Shown one piece after another: positions 1 through 15,735 of a stretch of 64,000 nucleotides of DNA. The notes beneath the pieces were generated by a model. It searched no databases, had not been told where the DNA came from, and saw only the letters and a program-made list of their open reading frames with translations. Within the stretch, counting starts at the first letter, position 1. Every line of letters begins with the position of its first letter. The position numbers and the translations under genes are program-made. Origin of the DNA: an uncultured delta proteobacterium (GTDB taxonomy: Bacteria; Myxococcota_A; Polyangia; Polyangiales; B10-G4); assembly GCA_963727445.1 (NCBI GenBank), contig CAVSGI010000027.1:1-64000 (forward strand), read 5' to 3'.

Positions 1-659
1 GGCGTGGCCTGATCGATGAAGAGGCTGGCCTGGCCGCCCCGATGGCTCATCACCAGGAACTCGCCGCTCGCCGCGTCCGAGATGTCCGACAGCTGGCCCA
101 CCGCGATGCCGGTGGGATCGACGGGGACCTGAACCCGCCGGGGGTTGGACGTGCTCTCGTCACCCGTCCGATGGGCGTCGTCGCAGCGCGGGAACTGGCC
201 TTCGCCCCCGCAGCTCAGAATCCCCTCTTCGTCGACGTCGATGAAGGTGAGGTTCGCGTCGGCGCGCATGCTCAGGTACAGGCGGTCGCCCGCGCCGGAG
301 ATCACCATCCCGGAGGTGTAGGAGCCGGTCTGCACCTCCGAACGCAACACCATCGTGGCCGGGATCACCGCCGGCGGCTCGTCGGGGTTCGTGGGCAGCG
401 TGAGGGTGTCGAGGGTCGCCTTCACGGAGTCCAGGTCGATCGAGGCGACCGTCCCCGCGTTGTAGGCGAGGTCGAAGTTCGAGTTGGCGACGTAGAGGTA
501 CTTCGGCTGCCCGGCGGCGTTCACCTGCGGGGAGAGCGCCAGCGCCAGGGGGAAGTTCAGCTGCCCTGGCACCGGGTCCGCGCCGGAGTTCGTGAGCGCG
601 CATCCCCCCACGAGGCAGAGCACGCCTAGAGCGCCGTAGATGCTGGAAATCCGTCGCAT
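1..659 (-). CDS. Putative lipoprotein, probably a YncE-like beta-propeller; runs off the left edge
   Basis: Translated by hand from ATG at 659: MRRISSIYGALGVLCLVGGC (lipobox-like), then NFPLALALSP..YLYVANSNFDLAYNAGTV. Not in the ORF track because it has no stop in the window. Confidence 0.7.
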   Translation of the reverse strand, partial: MRRISSIYGALGVLCLVGGCALTNSGADPVPGQLNFPLALALSPQVNAAGQPKYLYVANSNFDLAYNAGTVASIDLDSVKATLDTLTLPTNPDEPPAVIPATMVLRSEVQTGSYTSGMVISGAGDRLYLSMRADANLTFIDVDEEGILSCGGEGQFPRCDDAHRTGDESTSNPRRVQVPVDPTGIAVGQLSDISDAASGEFLVMSHRGGQASLFIDQAT

Positions 660-712
660 CAGCGCGCGGAACTTAGCGGGCCCGTCGGCCCCCAGCAACC
701 CAGTCTTCGTAG

Positions 713-2339
<1,627 letters not shown>

Positions 2340-2554
2340 TCCAAGCTCCCCGCCCTCAGACGGCCCCGATCTTTCCTCTGTGGGGCACTCACGGACCCTT
2401 CATACGCATCAGCTGTACGAAGGTTTCACAGTACCGGCCGCAATTGTAGGTCGACCCCAACAAACCGCCAGTTTTTCCACCACCACTGTCCGGGTGACGG
2501 AGGGTAGACCGCAATGGGCCCTCTGGCTTTGGGGGGACACCGACCTCGAATCGT

Positions 2555-5257
<2,703 letters not shown>

Positions 5258-5273
5258 TGGACCTCCCAGGTAG

Positions 5274-7325
5274 TCACGTCGACAGCTCGTGGAAGTGGGC
5301 GATGCCGGTGAGGGTCTGATCGATCCCCCCGAGCAGGCGCAGGCGATTGTCTCGGACGCGCTCGTCGTCGACCATCACGAAGACCTCTTCGAAGAAGCGG
5401 TCGATGGGGGCACGCAGATCCCGTGCCACCGCGTCCAGGGCGTCGACGTATTCGCCCTTGTCGATGTCGGCCTGGATCTTGGGGCGGAGCGTGGCGAAGG
5501 CCGCGTGGAGCTCCTTCTCCGCCTCTTCGGCCAGGATCGACGCGTCCACGTCGCCCGGGGGCGCGTCCTTGGCGATGTTGTGCGCACGCTTGAAAGCGAC
5601 GGCGAGGGACTCGAAGGCGGGGAGCAATCGGAAGGTGGCGACGGCCTCGATGCGGCGCCTCAGATCCGGCACGCTCTGCCCATCCCACGCACCGAGACAG
5701 GCCTCGACCAAATCGGTCGGGTGGCCATCGGAGAAGTGGGCCTTGAGCCGCGCACGAAAGAACTCGTGCAGGCTGGACGCGACCTCGTCGCGGGGCTTCA
5801 ACGTCCCTTCGGGGTAGCTCTCGTAGGCCCGCTCCACCAGGGAGCGCAGGCCGAGCACCAGGTCCGGACCCTCGAGAGCGATCCGCACGACGCCGAGGGC
5901 CGCGCGGCGCAGCGCGAAGGGATCGGCAGAGCCGGAAGGGACGAGACCGATGCCGAAGCACCCGACGAGGGTGTCCAGTCGATCGGCGACCGCCAGCGCC
6001 GCCCCCGCCTCCGTCTGGGGGACGTCGTCGGAGGCGCCCCGGGGCAGGTAGTGCTCGCGGATCGCCGTGCCCAGCTCGCCTCCGCCCACGTAGAACGATC
6101 CCATCTCGCCCTGGAGCTCGGGGAACTCGCCCACCATGAGCGTCACCAGGTCGACCTTGCAGAGCCGCGCGGCCTCCAGCGTGAGCTTCGCCAGGGGATC
6201 GGGCGCGATGAAGGGCGCGAGGGCCTCGAGGCGGCGGGCCTTGTCACCGACGCTGCCCAGCTTGGCCTGCCACACCACGGAGTCGAGCTTCGGCGCCTTC
6301 TCGGCGAGGGAGGTCTTCTTGTCCTCGTCGACGAAGAACTGTGCGTCCGCGAGACGCGCGCGGAGCACGCGGTCGTTGCCGTGGGCGATGGTCTCGGGAT
6401 CGTTCGCGGTGTTGACCACGTTGAGGTAGCGCGGCATCAGCTTCCCATCCGCGCCGCGCACCGCGAAGTAGCGCTGGTGGTCCCGCATCACGGAGATGAC
6501 CACGCCCTCGGGCAGCGCCAGGAACGACGGGTCGAAGCTGCCGGGAACGACGAAGGGCTCCTCGACCATCCCCGCGCACTCGTCCACCAGGAAGTCGTCC
6601 TCGACCAGCGTCCCGCCGAGCTTCTCGGCTTCCGCCGCGAGCGCCTCGGTCATGCGCGTTCGCAGCTCCGCCGGGTCGACGTAGACGTGCGCCTCGCGGA
6701 GCGCCCCGACGTAATCGCCGACCTTCGCGATCGCGAATTCGTCCGGCGCCAGGAAGCGATGTCCGCGCGTCTCGTCGCCGGCCGTGACGCCCGCAAAGGA
6801 GACCGGCACCACCCTGTCGCCGTGCAAACAGAGGAGCCAGTGGATGGGACGACCGAAGGCGATCTCTCCGGCCCCCCAGCGCATCGACTTCTTGAAAGGG
6901 ATGCGCTTGATCAGCTCGGCGAGAATCTCGGGGAGCACCTCGTCCGCGGGGCGCCCCTTCTCGGCGCGCGTGAAGGCCATGTACTCGCCCTTGTCGGTCG
7001 TGACCACGCGCAGGTCCTCGGGCGCGATGCCCTGCTTCTTCGCGAAACCCTCCCCCGCCTTGGTGAGGTTTCCATCGTCCCCCATGGCGACGCGCTTCGG
7101 TGGGCCGACGACCTCCTGCGAGAGGTCCGCCTGCTGCGCGGCGACACCCGAGACGATGAGCGCGAGGCGCCGCGGCGTTCCGAGCGGACGCACGTCGCCG
7201 TGCGCGAGTCGCGCCGCACCGAGGAGCTCGGTCGCGATCGAAGGGATGGCTTCGAGGGCCCGATCGAGGAAGGAAGCGGGCAGCTCCTCCACACCGATCT
7301 CGAGAAGAAGGTCCGAGGCCGTCAT
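5274..7325 (-). CDS. glyS: Glycine--tRNA ligase beta subunit
   Basis: Starts MTASDLLLEIGVEELP. Contains TPRRLA, KSMRWG..FGRPIHW, HQRYF, EFPELQGEMG, SGSADPFALRR and VRDNRLRLL. Confidence 0.97.
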   Translation of the reverse strand: MTASDLLLEIGVEELPASFLDRALEAIPSIATELLGAARLAHGDVRPLGTPRRLALIVSGVAAQQADLSQEVVGPPKRVAMGDDGNLTKAGEGFAKKQGIAPEDLRVVTTDKGEYMAFTRAEKGRPADEVLPEILAELIKRIPFKKSMRWGAGEIAFGRPIHWLLCLHGDRVVPVSFAGVTAGDETRGHRFLAPDEFAIAKVGDYVGALREAHVYVDPAELRTRMTEALAAEAEKLGGTLVEDDFLVDECAGMVEEPFVVPGSFDPSFLALPEGVVISVMRDHQRYFAVRGADGKLMPRYLNVVNTANDPETIAHGNDRVLRARLADAQFFVDEDKKTSLAEKAPKLDSVVWQAKLGSVGDKARRLEALAPFIAPDPLAKLTLEAARLCKVDLVTLMVGEFPELQGEMGSFYVGGGELGTAIREHYLPRGASDDVPQTEAGAALAVADRLDTLVGCFGIGLVPSGSADPFALRRAALGVVRIALEGPDLVLGLRSLVERAYESYPEGTLKPRDEVASSLHEFFRARLKAHFSDGHPTDLVEACLGAWDGQSVPDLRRRIEAVATFRLLPAFESLAVAFKRAHNIAKDAPPGDVDASILAEEAEKELHAAFATLRPKIQADIDKGEYVDALDAVARDLRAPIDRFFEEVFVMVDDERVRDNRLRLLGGIDQTLTGIAHFHELST

Positions 7326-7338
7326 GGGCAGTGCGTTA

Positions 7339-8268
7339 TCAGACGCTCGGCGCAGCGTCCACGGCCGCCTCGAGAGCGCTCTCTGCGAGGGCGAAGGCCC
7401 CGGCGATTCCAGCCTGGTCGCCGAGCCCGGGAGCCACCACGTATTCGTCAATCCGCGGCCCGAGGGCGTCGCGCTGGACGTAGCCGGCGAGCGCGCTCTT
7501 GAGGCTCGTGCGCACCGTGGCGAGGAGCCCGGGGCGTCTTCCCACCCCGCCTCCAATCACCACTTTCCGAGGCGACAGGAGCAGCACCGCTGGCGCCAGG
7601 CCCGCGCCGAGGTAGCGGCCCACCAGCTCCCAGACCGGGTCGTCGTCGTCGAGCTCGGTGGCGGGTCGACCGACGCGCGCCTCGATGGCCGGACCGCTCA
7701 CCAGGCCCTCGAGGCATCGTCCGTGGAAGGGACACGCGCCGCGGAAGGGGTCGGGGGCGCCGTCGGCCAGGGGGAGCACGGGCATCGCCACGTGGCCCAG
7801 CTCCGGGTGCATCAGGCCGTGAAGGGGCTGGCCGCCGATGACCACGCCGCCACCCACGCCGGTGCCGACGGTGACGTAGAGGCAGGGGTCGGCGCCTTGC
7901 GCTGCGCCGAAGCGCTGCTCGCCGAGAGCGGCGGCGTTGACGTCGGTGTCGAAGCCGATGGGGATGCCGCGCAGGCCCTTGTCGAGCTGTGCGCGGATGG
8001 GCACGTGGTCCCAGCCGGGCTTGGGCGTGCGCAGGGTGGTGCCGCTCTCGAGATCGAGGGGGCCGAACATGCCGACGCCCACCGCCTCGATCGGATAGTC
8101 GGCGAAGAAGGCGAGGACGCGGGAGAGCGTGAGCCCGGGCTCCTCGGTATGAAAGCGCGTCTCCTCGCGGATGTCGTGGGGGCCGTGGCCGACCGCGCAG
8201 ACGAACTTCGTCCCGCCGCCTTCGACCGCGCCGAGGAGCGGGCGCTCTTTGGATCGGTGGGTGCTCAC
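7339..8268 (-). CDS. ROK-family sugar kinase, fructokinase-like
   Basis: EGGGTKFVCAVG, TPKPGW, DTDVNAAALGE, YVTVGTGVGGG, HPELGH and CPFHGRCLEG (Zn site). GTG start at 8268 is my choice. Confidence 0.92.
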   Translation of the reverse strand: MSTHRSKERPLLGAVEGGGTKFVCAVGHGPHDIREETRFHTEEPGLTLSRVLAFFADYPIEAVGVGMFGPLDLESGTTLRTPKPGWDHVPIRAQLDKGLRGIPIGFDTDVNAAALGEQRFGAAQGADPCLYVTVGTGVGGGVVIGGQPLHGLMHPELGHVAMPVLPLADGAPDPFRGACPFHGRCLEGLVSGPAIEARVGRPATELDDDDPVWELVGRYLGAGLAPAVLLLSPRKVVIGGGVGRRPGLLATVRTSLKSALAGYVQRDALGPRIDEYVVAPGLGDQAGIAGAFALAESALEAAVDAAPSV

Positions 8269-8290
8269 GACCGGCTCCGCCTCTGCTCCA

Positions 8291-9274
<984 letters not shown>

Positions 9275-9275
<1 letters not shown>

Positions 9276-10255
9276 CAGTCCTCGTCCTCGTCGTCCTCGT
9301 CGTCCTCGTCGTCCTCGTCGTCCTCGTCGTCCTCGTCGTCCTCGTCGTCCTCGTCGTCCTCGTCGTCCTCGTCGTCCGAGCCTTCGTCTTCCGAGTCGTC
9401 TTCGTCCGAGCCGTCCCCGCCCTCGCCCTCGCCCTCGCCCTCGTCCTCCGAGTCCGAGTCCGAGTCTTCGGCCGATTCCTCCGCGTCGCCCTCGCCTTCG
9501 TCTTCTTCGTCGTCTTCTTCGTCGTCCGAGTCCTCGGCGAGCGCGGCTTCCGCGGCGGCCTCCTGGGCTTCGCGCATCGCCTTGAGCTCGTCGGGATCGA
9601 ACTGGTCGCCGATGCGCTTTTCGAAGAAGGCGCGGCTCTCGTCCGAGAGCTCGCTGAACTCGCGAAGCGTGGGCAGGTCGGAGAGGCCGCGAAGCCCGAA
9701 GAATTCGAGGAAATAAGGGGTCGTTCCGTAGAGGAGCGGCCGGCCGGGCTCCTCCTTGCGGCCGAGGATCTTGATGAGGCCACGCTCGAGCAGGACCTTG
9801 ATCGACGAGCCGCAGTCCACGCCGCGGATCTCGTCGATCTCGGGGCGGGTCACCGGCTGCCGATACGCGATGATGCTCATCGTCTCGAGCTGCGCGCGCG
9901 TGAGCCGCACGGGCTTTTGCGCGACGAAGTTGCGAACGAAGGGCGCGTTCTTCGCGGCCGAGCGAAACTGCCAACCGCTACCCACCTCGATCAGCTCGAT
10001 GCCGCGCCCCTCGTACTCCTTCTGCAGCTCTTCGAGGGCCTGCTTCACCTCGGCCGACTTCACCTTCGCATAGCGGCCGAGCTTCTTCGGCGACACCGGT
10101 TCGTCGGCGACGAAGACCAGGCTCTCCACCACCGAGCGCAGCTGCTCCGCGCTCATGGGCTCGGGCTCGGCCTTCTCCACGCCGCCCTTGGGACCGCCGC
10201 GCTCGGCTTCGGGCGGCTGCGTCGGCTCCCGGGCTTCTTCCGCGCTCTCGCTCAT
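9275..10255 (-). CDS. scpB: SMC-Scp complex subunit ScpB with a long acidic tail
   Basis: [45 protein letters not shown] and LSDLP. Confidence 0.96.
9287..9376. repeat. Perfect 9-bp tandem repeat (CTCGTCGTC)x10, encoding (DDE)10 in ScpB
   Basis: Counted directly in the sequence. Confidence 0.95.
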
Positions 10256-11028
10256 GGCGTCAGCTCCTCACCGGTCTCCTCGTCCACCGCGCTCACGCGG
10301 TATTCGAGGTAGATCGATGACTCCGCGTCCTGCTGATAGACGCGCATCATCCGCATCTTGGCCATCTCGAGGACGGCCAAAAAGGTCACCACGATGTCGT
10401 AGGTCGTGATCACGTCTTCGAAGAGATGCTCGAACTCGCAGTTCTTCACGCCCTTGAGGCGCTCGACGATCTGCGTCATCCGCTCCTGGATCGAGATGCG
10501 CTCGGCGTCGATCTCGAAGCTCAGGTCCTTCTGCGCACGCTTGAGCACCTTCTGGAAGGCGTCGAGGAGCTTGAAGAGCCCGATGTCCGCCAGCGGCGCG
10601 ATCCCCTCGGCCTGGGGAGCCGGGATCCCCCGGGGAAAGACGTCACGGCCGGCGATGCCCCGGGCGCCCAGCTCCTCCGCCACCTGCTTGTACTTCTGGT
10701 ACTCGAGCAGCCGCCGGATCAGCTCCTGGCGCGGATCGAGCTCATCCTCGCCGTCTTCGTCCTGATCGCTCGGCGGCGTCGGCAGGAGCATCTTGCTCTT
10801 GATGTGCGCCAGGGTGGCCGCCATCACGAGGTACTCGCTCGCCACATCGAGGTTCAGCTTCTTCATGAGCCCGAGGTATTCGAGGTACTTCTCGGTCACG
10901 AAGGCGATGGGGAGGTCGAGGATGTCCAGCTCGTGCTTCCGCGTCAGATGCAGGAGCAGGTCGAGCGGCCCCTCGAAGACGGGGAGCTCGATTCGGAAGT
11001 TCGGATCGATGGGCTCGGGCGGCTGCAC
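10252..11028 (-). CDS. scpA: Segregation and condensation protein ScpA (kleisin)
   Basis: [42 protein letters not shown] and [10 protein letters not shown]. Stop overlaps the scpB start; GTG start at 11028 is my choice. Confidence 0.96.
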   Translation of the reverse strand: MQPPEPIDPNFRIELPVFEGPLDLLLHLTRKHELDILDLPIAFVTEKYLEYLGLMKKLNLDVASEYLVMAATLAHIKSKMLLPTPPSDQDEDGEDELDPRQELIRRLLEYQKYKQVAEELGARGIAGRDVFPRGIPAPQAEGIAPLADIGLFKLLDAFQKVLKRAQKDLSFEIDAERISIQERMTQIVERLKGVKNCEFEHLFEDVITTYDIVVTFLAVLEMAKMRMMRVYQQDAESSIYLEYRVSAVDEETGEELTP

Positions 11029-11107
11029 AGACGTTCTCGATGTTCGCCAGGGGGGCGAAGTACCCCGGCTGCCGCAGCAGGTCAAACCACACTATCCTTC
11101 CCGGAGC

Positions 11108-11602
11108 GTGTCCTTGCGAGCCCTTCTTTTCGTGGGTCTTGTCGGTCTGGTCGGGTGTGATGAGCCGGACCCGCCCGACGCCTCGACGAGCGTGTGCGGT
11201 GACGGTCCAGGCACGGTCCGCGTGGGCCAAGGGGGCTCGGCCCTCAGACCCCTGCCCGCGACCGGCGGAGAGCTGCCGATCGTCCTCGGCGCCCAGGGCG
11301 GGATCCACGTGCTCGTGGGGTTCGCGGTGGCGGACATGGAGCTCGAGATGCTGGCGACCTACACGCTGAGCGAGGTGGGGACGGAGGAGCAGCTCGGCAC
11401 CACCCTGCTCTCCCTTCGCCCCTCGCTCTTCTCCACCGAGCTCGGACAAACCGTCCGCAACCCCGACCTGGTGGTGTTGGACAACGAAAACCCGACGGTG
11501 GACCGCTTCGCGGGCCGGCACGCCTCCCTCTGCCTGGAGGCCGTCTCGGCGGGCTCGCACGCCTGCGATTGCCGCGAGATCACACTGATTGCGCCCGAGT
11601 GA
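11108..11602 (+). CDS. Hypothetical lipoprotein
   Basis: Hydrophobic signal ending LVGC, a GAQGGIH motif and paired Cys. GTG start is preceded by TATCCT. Confidence 0.75.
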   Translation: MSLRALLFVGLVGLVGCDEPDPPDASTSVCGDGPGTVRVGQGGSALRPLPATGGELPIVLGAQGGIHVLVGFAVADMELEMLATYTLSEVGTEEQLGTTLLSLRPSLFSTELGQTVRNPDLVVLDNENPTVDRFAGRHASLCLEAVSAGSHACDCREITLIAPE

Positions 11603-11732
11603 GGGGTGCGTCGATCGCCTCGCACCCCTGACAACGCTGTCGCGTTCTGGAGCGGAGATCGCTCCGAGTCCCCACCGGAGGCGCCACCCAGATCCCGATT
11701 TCCTGTGTCTTCGTGGGAAGAGTGGCGCCGGC

Positions 11733-12380
11733 ATGAGCGTTGCAGCGCTTAAGAACGGACCGATGAGCTCCATCCCACCCGCATACGAGCGCAGACACCA
11801 CCACCTTCGGGTGGGACTCTGCCCTGCCCGCCTGGCGCTGTCGTGCCGGGACGAGGCGGCCGTGTGCTTTGCTGTCGAGGGTGCCTCCTTCGAACAGACC
11901 GAGAGCATCCCCTCGGCCGATGGTGGGCTCCTGATCGAGACGGTGCTCGATGGCGTCGTCCGCGAGGTCGGCCCGGATCTCCTGGTGATCGCCCGCGATG
12001 GTCAGGAGGCGCGCGTTCGCTACCTCCTGCCCACGGCACTGGACCTCGAGCCACTTCTCGGTGCGACCGTGAAGATCTCGGTATCGCTACAGTTCTCGGC
12101 AGAGAAGCGACCGACGGTCGACGCGACCATCAAGGACGTGGGAGGCCGACTTCTGCTCTGGGCCCACGATGGTGCCCTCCCCAGCGACCGACCCGATCGC
12201 CCGGTGGTGCGCCTCTCCCACACGGCGCGCGGACCACGGCTGGCCTTCGCCCATCGCAGCGGCTCCACGACGGTCTCGACCGCGGAGATCATCACGATCG
12301 ATACGCGCTCGGGTCCCGCCACCGCGGCGGGGATCCGGATCAGCGACGAGGACATCGGCTTCGTCGTCGTCTGGCATTGA
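11733..12380 (+). CDS. Hypothetical protein
   Basis: Protein-like ORF in line with its neighbours. Start is uncertain (11733 or 11763). Confidence 0.65.
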   Translation: MSVAALKNGPMSSIPPAYERRHHHLRVGLCPARLALSCRDEAAVCFAVEGASFEQTESIPSADGGLLIETVLDGVVREVGPDLLVIARDGQEARVRYLLPTALDLEPLLGATVKISVSLQFSAEKRPTVDATIKDVGGRLLLWAHDGALPSDRPDRPVVRLSHTARGPRLAFAHRSGSTTVSTAEIITIDTRSGPATAAGIRISDEDIGFVVVWH

Positions 12381-12422
12381 GCCCTCGCGATCGCGCCCGC
12401 GCGGTTTACCATCCCCCCGGTA

Positions 12423-13771
12423 GTGCCGGGCAGTGACGACGATCCCCTCTTCGGTGGTGCAGGAGGGCTGGACGAGCTCGGGCCTCGGCGACGTCGCGCC
12501 GACACGCCGAAAGCCCCGAAGGCGACCCCGCGCCGGCGCCGGCGCCGGCGGTGCCGGAGCCGCCAGGCCTCGACCTCGAGGACCTCGAGCCCGTCCCCTC
12601 CTCCGAGCTGCCCGCTCTCGACCTGGAGTCGATCCCGGCCCCGGCTCCGCCGGGAGCGCCCGCGGCTCCTGCTGCGAGCGCCCCGGCCGCGAGCGCGCCG
12701 GCTGCCGAGACGCCGGTGCTCGACAGCTCGGCCTCCGCGGCCGGAGGTCTCTTGCGCCCCGCTCCGTCCGCACGCCCCTCCCCGGTCGAAGTAGGAGCGG
12801 CCGGAGGCTACGGGGAGGCTCCCGGCTTCGCCGGGGTGATCCCCTACGCGCTCCACGCCTGGACCCGCCGCAAGGCGCTCGTCATCGAGATCGCCGAAGC
12901 CCGAAACCACCGCAAGTCGGCCGAAGCCGACGTCGAAGAAGCGCTCAGCGCCCTGGGGCGCGCCATCGTCGATCGCGCCGATGCCCTCGGCGGCGCTGCG
13001 CAGGCGATGAGCGTCGATCTGGAGGCCGCACGCGCCGCGGTGGCGCGGGTCGGCGCGCAACAGGAAGACGCCGTCCGCCTCGACGCCGAGACCGAGGAGC
13101 GGCGCCGCGCCCTGAGGGCCGAGCTCGAGGTCGTCAAGACCGAGCTCGCGCCGCATCAGGATCGGGAGACCAGGCTCCAGACGCGCCTCGAGGCCGACGA
13201 GCAGACGCTGATGCGAGCGCGGGCGAAGCTGCAGCGGGCACAGATCGAGGCGCGAAACGCGGCCGCCGATCCCGCGGCGCCGGAGCAGAAGCGCGCCCTG
13301 TCGAGCGCGGACGTGGAGCGCCACGCGCGCGAGGTCGAGGTCGCCGAGCACGCGGCTCGGGAGGTGTCGGAGAAGCTCGCCGAGATCAAACGAGAGCTGG
13401 CGACGCGCCTCGGCCGACGCGCGGAGATCGAAAAGACCCTGGCAGGCCTCGACGCGGAGAAGAACGCGACGAAGCGCATTCAGATGGCGACCGAAGACGA
13501 CGCCGCGAAGCGCGCGCGTCGAGCGCTCGCGCAGCTCGGCCGGCGCGCGATGACGGTGGGCGTCGCCGCCACGACGGCGCCTGAGGCGGTCGCACGCGTC
13601 GAGCGGGTGGACGACGCCCTCGACCGGCGGCGCCAGCGCGAGGGCCTGTTGCGCGCCGCCCTCGACAGCTACCACAAGCCCGCGGTCTACCAGGGGCTGG
13701 GCCTCCTGATCGCCGCGGGCGTGGTGGTGCTGCTCTTCGTGCTGATCGTCATCGGCAGAGCGCTCTTCTAG
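12423..13771 (+). CDS. Coiled-coil protein with Pro/Ala-rich N-terminus and C-terminal TM anchor; probable indels at ~12480-12545
   Basis: ORF 12551-13771 is a long A/E/R/L helical stretch ending GLGLLIAAGVVVLLFVLIVIG. An upstream acidic/Pro segment joins it if indels are assumed. Confidence 0.7.
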
Positions 13772-13805
13772 GGCGCTCTGCCGACTCGCTCAGCTCGGGC
13801 TCGGC

Positions 13806-14900
13806 TCAGGGGAACGGCAGGCCGCCGTCGAGGCCCGGGAGGCCACCGTCACCGAGGAAGCCGCCGTCGCCGAAGCCGCCGCCGGTGCAGATGCCGAACC
13901 CGCCGAAGCCCACGCCGCAGCAGATGCCGCCGCTGCCGCCGCCGATCCCCGGGATCGCACCGCTCGAGTAGATGCAGCTGTCGCCCGAGTCGCACATCAC
14001 GCCGCAGCCGCAGCTCGTGTCGGAGTTGGGCATGCAAGCCCCTGAACAGCAGCTCGCTCCCAGGCTGCTCATCGAGGGCTCGGCGCACGCGGGCGCAGTG
14101 CCGCAGCGGCAGCTGCCCGCGACACAGTCGGGGCCGCTCGGACCGCAGGCCGTCCCACAGCCGCCGCAGTTCATCGCGTCGGTCTGGGTGTCGATGCAGC
14201 CGCCACCGCAGCAGGTCTGACCCGAGGGGCACGAAGCGCCGGTGCTCCCGCAGCCGCAGCTCCCCGCGGTGCAGATCTCCTCGCCGGGGCAGACGTTGCC
14301 GACCGCGCCGCAGTTGTTGCGATCCGTCTGCAGGTTGACGCAGCGGAAGGTGCCGCTCTCGTTCACGCACATCTCGCCGACGATGCAGGCGGAGTAGTCG
14401 CCGCACAGACACGCGGGCGCGCCGCCGCTCGGGCTCGCGCAGGCGCTGGCCCGGTCCGGGTCACACGCGATACCGCAGCCGTTGCAGTTCATGAAGGAGC
14501 TGTCGGAGCGCCCATCACCGCCGCTGGCGGCCGAGCTGCGGTTGACGCAGGTGGTGCCGCAGCAGCGCTGCTGAGAGCTGCAGGTCGGCGTGCAGTCGCC
14601 CGGGATGACGGTGGAGTCGGTGGTGCCACCGTCGCCGCCCGGGACGCACGTGCCGCTGCGGCAGAGCTCACCCGCCGCGCATTCGATGCCGCACCCGCCG
14701 CAGTTCTGCGTGTCGGTCTGGGTCGGCCGACAGAAGGCCATGCCCGCCGTGCCCGCCGGACAGCAGCTCAGGCCGGCGGAACAGGCGGGCGAGCACGTCG
14801 CCCCGCTGGTGCGTCCGTTGTCGCCACAGGACGCGAGCGACAGCGCCATCAGAACGAGAAAAGCCGCCCCCGAAAGGCGGAGAATGAAAGCCATCTTCAT
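13806..14900 (-). CDS. Cysteine-rich repeat lipoprotein (myxobacterial TDxxNCGxCGxxC type)
   Basis: Lipobox LASC. Repeats TDTQNCGGCGIEC, TDRNNCGAVGNVC and TDAMNCGGCGTAC. Gly-rich C-terminus. Confidence 0.88.
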   Translation of the reverse strand: MKMAFILRLSGAAFLVLMALSLASCGDNGRTSGATCSPACSAGLSCCPAGTAGMAFCRPTQTDTQNCGGCGIECAAGELCRSGTCVPGGDGGTTDSTVIPGDCTPTCSSQQRCCGTTCVNRSSAASGGDGRSDSSFMNCNGCGIACDPDRASACASPSGGAPACLCGDYSACIVGEMCVNESGTFRCVNLQTDRNNCGAVGNVCPGEEICTAGSCGCGSTGASCPSGQTCCGGGCIDTQTDAMNCGGCGTACGPSGPDCVAGSCRCGTAPACAEPSMSSLGASCCSGACMPNSDTSCGCGVMCDSGDSCIYSSGAIPGIGGGSGGICCGVGFGGFGICTGGGFGDGGFLGDGGLPGLDGGLPFP

Positions 14901-15064
14901 CAACACAACTCCCTGCCAAGACGCCCGTGAGAGCGAGCGCACCTCTGAACACCGGTAGGTGACGGTACGGGGACCTCCTCCGACCGTCAACGCGACGACC
15001 CGGCGATCGTGGCTTAATGCGACGCGCGGGTGAGGAAGCGCACGAAGCAGTCTTCAGCGCAGGT

Positions 15065-15538
15065 CTACTTGCCGAGGCCGGCTTCGTCGATCGCCGCGAT
15101 CACCGCGTCCACGTGCCCTTTGACGCGGACCTTCGGGAAGACCTTCACCACCTTGCCGTCGGGACCGATGACGACGGTGCTGCGGATGATCCCCATCATC
15201 TTCTTGCCGTACATGTTCTTCTCGCCCCACGCGCCGTACTTCTCGATCACCTTGCCACTCTCGTCGCTGAGGAGCTCGAAGTTCAGCTTGTGCTTGCCGA
15301 TGAACTTCTCGTGGCGCTCGATCGAGTCCTTGCTCACGCCGAGGACGACGGCGTCTCGGCTCTGGAGCTTGCGGCTCGCTGCCTTGAAGTCGAGCGCCTC
15401 GGTGGTGCAGCCCGAGGTCATGTCCTTCGGGTAGAAGTAGAGGACGACCGTCTTGCCGGCGTAGTCCTTGAGCGACGTCTTTTCGCCGCTGGTGGACGGC
15501 AGGGTGAACGCGGGGGCCTTCTTGCCTTCTTTCAGCAT
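15065..15538 (-). CDS. bcp: Peroxiredoxin Bcp (thioredoxin-dependent thiol peroxidase)
   Basis: APAFTLP, VVLYFYPKDMTSGCTTEA, WGEKNMYGK and RSTVVIG. Confidence 0.95.
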   Translation of the reverse strand: MLKEGKKAPAFTLPSTSGEKTSLKDYAGKTVVLYFYPKDMTSGCTTEALDFKAASRKLQSRDAVVLGVSKDSIERHEKFIGKHKLNFELLSDESGKVIEKYGAWGEKNMYGKKMMGIIRSTVVIGPDGKVVKVFPKVRVKGHVDAVIAAIDEAGLGK

Positions 15539-15735
15539 GGGGTGTCTGGTGCCTGGTTCGATGATATGGGAGGGGAGATCGCGACGGGCGTTGGTCGCGT
15601 CGCAAGGAGGGAAACCGAAGGACGTGCAGGGCACATTCGAGGTTTCCCGACGCCGCGAGGCGGCCGACGAACGAACGAGAACCCTTCCGGATCGTTGGAC
15701 CAGGCACTAAAGCCACGCCAGAGGGCTTCGTGTCA

